DNA of 64,000 nucleotides from a bacterium (lineage in GTDB: Bacteria; JADJOY01): the NCBI GenBank assembly GCA_046331705.1, contig JAXLQJ010000002.1:204370-268369 (forward strand). Direction: 5' to 3'. The first letter of the stretch is position 1; each line of letters begins with the position of its first letter. A program made the translations under genes and the position numbers. Positions 63,425-64,000 of the stretch are shown piece after piece. Under the pieces are notes generated by a model. The model saw only the letters and a program-made list of their open reading frames with translations, ran no database searches and was not told the DNA's origin.

Positions 63425-63790
63425 TCACCACTCACGCAGTTCCCAGTCATCATCGCGGATCACCGCGCCGAGCTTACGCGTCAGTTCGCTCGCGACGCGA
63501 TGTGTGGCGTGGTCGTCGCTCTCAATGCCGGGGACCGCGTTGAACGTGACCGTGCCGTCGGACCTACGCCAAAACGACGCCGTCCATTCGCCCTCGATCA
63601 GTACTTCGGCGTCTCCTGGGGAGACGCCGACCTTGATGCGGCGACCGTCAGGCAGTGGAACGGTCGCGTCGCCTTCAATGATGCGAACCCCTGGCGTAGT
63701 GGCCACGGCCGCTACCCACTCCTCCATCGAGAAGCCCGATACCTCCTCATCCTGCTCGCGATGAAGATGGAACTCAGCTGGCAGGGGCAC
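63425..63790 (-). CDS. Integron cassette hypothetical protein (121 aa)
   Basis: Single ORF between GTTAGCC core (63808-63814) and attC 63302-63363; GAAGGGA RBS-like. Confidence 0.72.
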   Translation of the reverse strand: MPLPAEFHLHREQDEEVSGFSMEEWVAAVATTPGVRIIEGDATVPLPDGRRIKVGVSPGDAEVLIEGEWTASFWRRSDGTVTFNAVPGIESDDHATHRVASELTRKLGAVIRDDDWELREW

Positions 63791-63807
63791 TCCCTTCGTT
63801 CAGCCCG

Positions 63808-63814
63808 GGCTAAC
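63808..63814 (-). mobile_element. Isolated attC R' core (GTTAGCC) abutting a second IS110 end
   Basis: Exact GTTRRRY-like position 17 bp before the cassette start; rest of the attC not present in window. Confidence 0.55.
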
Positions 63815-63912
63815 CCAGATGGAATGAGAAGGCTGACCTCCCGATCACGAGATGTCGTAAACGATTCTCAAGGTTGGATCAACGGGCTCGAAGCCCAAAC
63901 AGGAGGTCAGCC

Positions 63913-64000
63913 ATGAGCGATAGTGCCACGAAGTCCTTCGGATCGGAAGCGCAGGCCGCCTCGCTTCCGCCCCTCACCGCCGGCCTCGACGTCGGCGACC
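63913..64000 (+). mobile_element. Probable second IS110-family transposase, N-terminus only
   Basis: AGGAGG RBS; MSDSATKSFGSEAQAASLPPLTAGLDVGD ends in the G-L-D-x-G-D first catalytic-Asp motif; only 29 codons visible. Confidence 0.6.

Noticed and set aside
63365-63916. Plus-strand 183-aa ORF
   Set aside because: Antisense to a cassette gene and spans the attC core and IS end; no recognisable motifs
60500-64000. Integron integrase or attI within the window
   Set aside because: No tyrosine-recombinase (R-H-x-x-R-H-Y) ORF is present; orientation predicts it would lie beyond the right edge

Overview
High-GC (roughly 70% by eye) bacterial chromosomal DNA. Sigma-54 two-component systems, TonB receptors and many Ca-binding-repeat surface proteins suggest a Gram-negative, deltaproteobacteria/Myxococcota-like organism (inference). 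Bases 1-60.3 kb hold about 45 host genes: ZIP transporter, cspA, a TonB receptor-substrate-binding protein-histidine kinase-sigma54 activator operon with a readable -24/-12 promoter and enhancer repeats, frmA, a second TonB receptor, phospholipase C, a NosP(FIST)/hybrid kinase pair, a second sigma54 pair flanked by two promoters that share an enhancer motif, several hydrolases, a NIT-domain chemoreceptor, and a cluster of large secreted proteins. From about 60.5 kb to the end lies the distal end of a minus-strand integron cassette array with six whole or partial attC sites, a MazEF-type TA cassette and three other cassettes. Two different IS110-family elements each sit inside an attC site; no intI is in the window. 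The most notable non-obvious signals are: (1) attC-inserted IS110s, one with a strongly structured leader (bridge-RNA candidate); (2) a shared C-terminal GGCxPQLAEA-hydrophobic-Arg tail that looks like a protein-sorting signal; (3) a ~215-nt rod-shaped ncRNA candidate at 51080-51296; (4) an unnamed beta-rich domain present three times in two surface proteins. All calls come from motif reading by eye; no searches were run.
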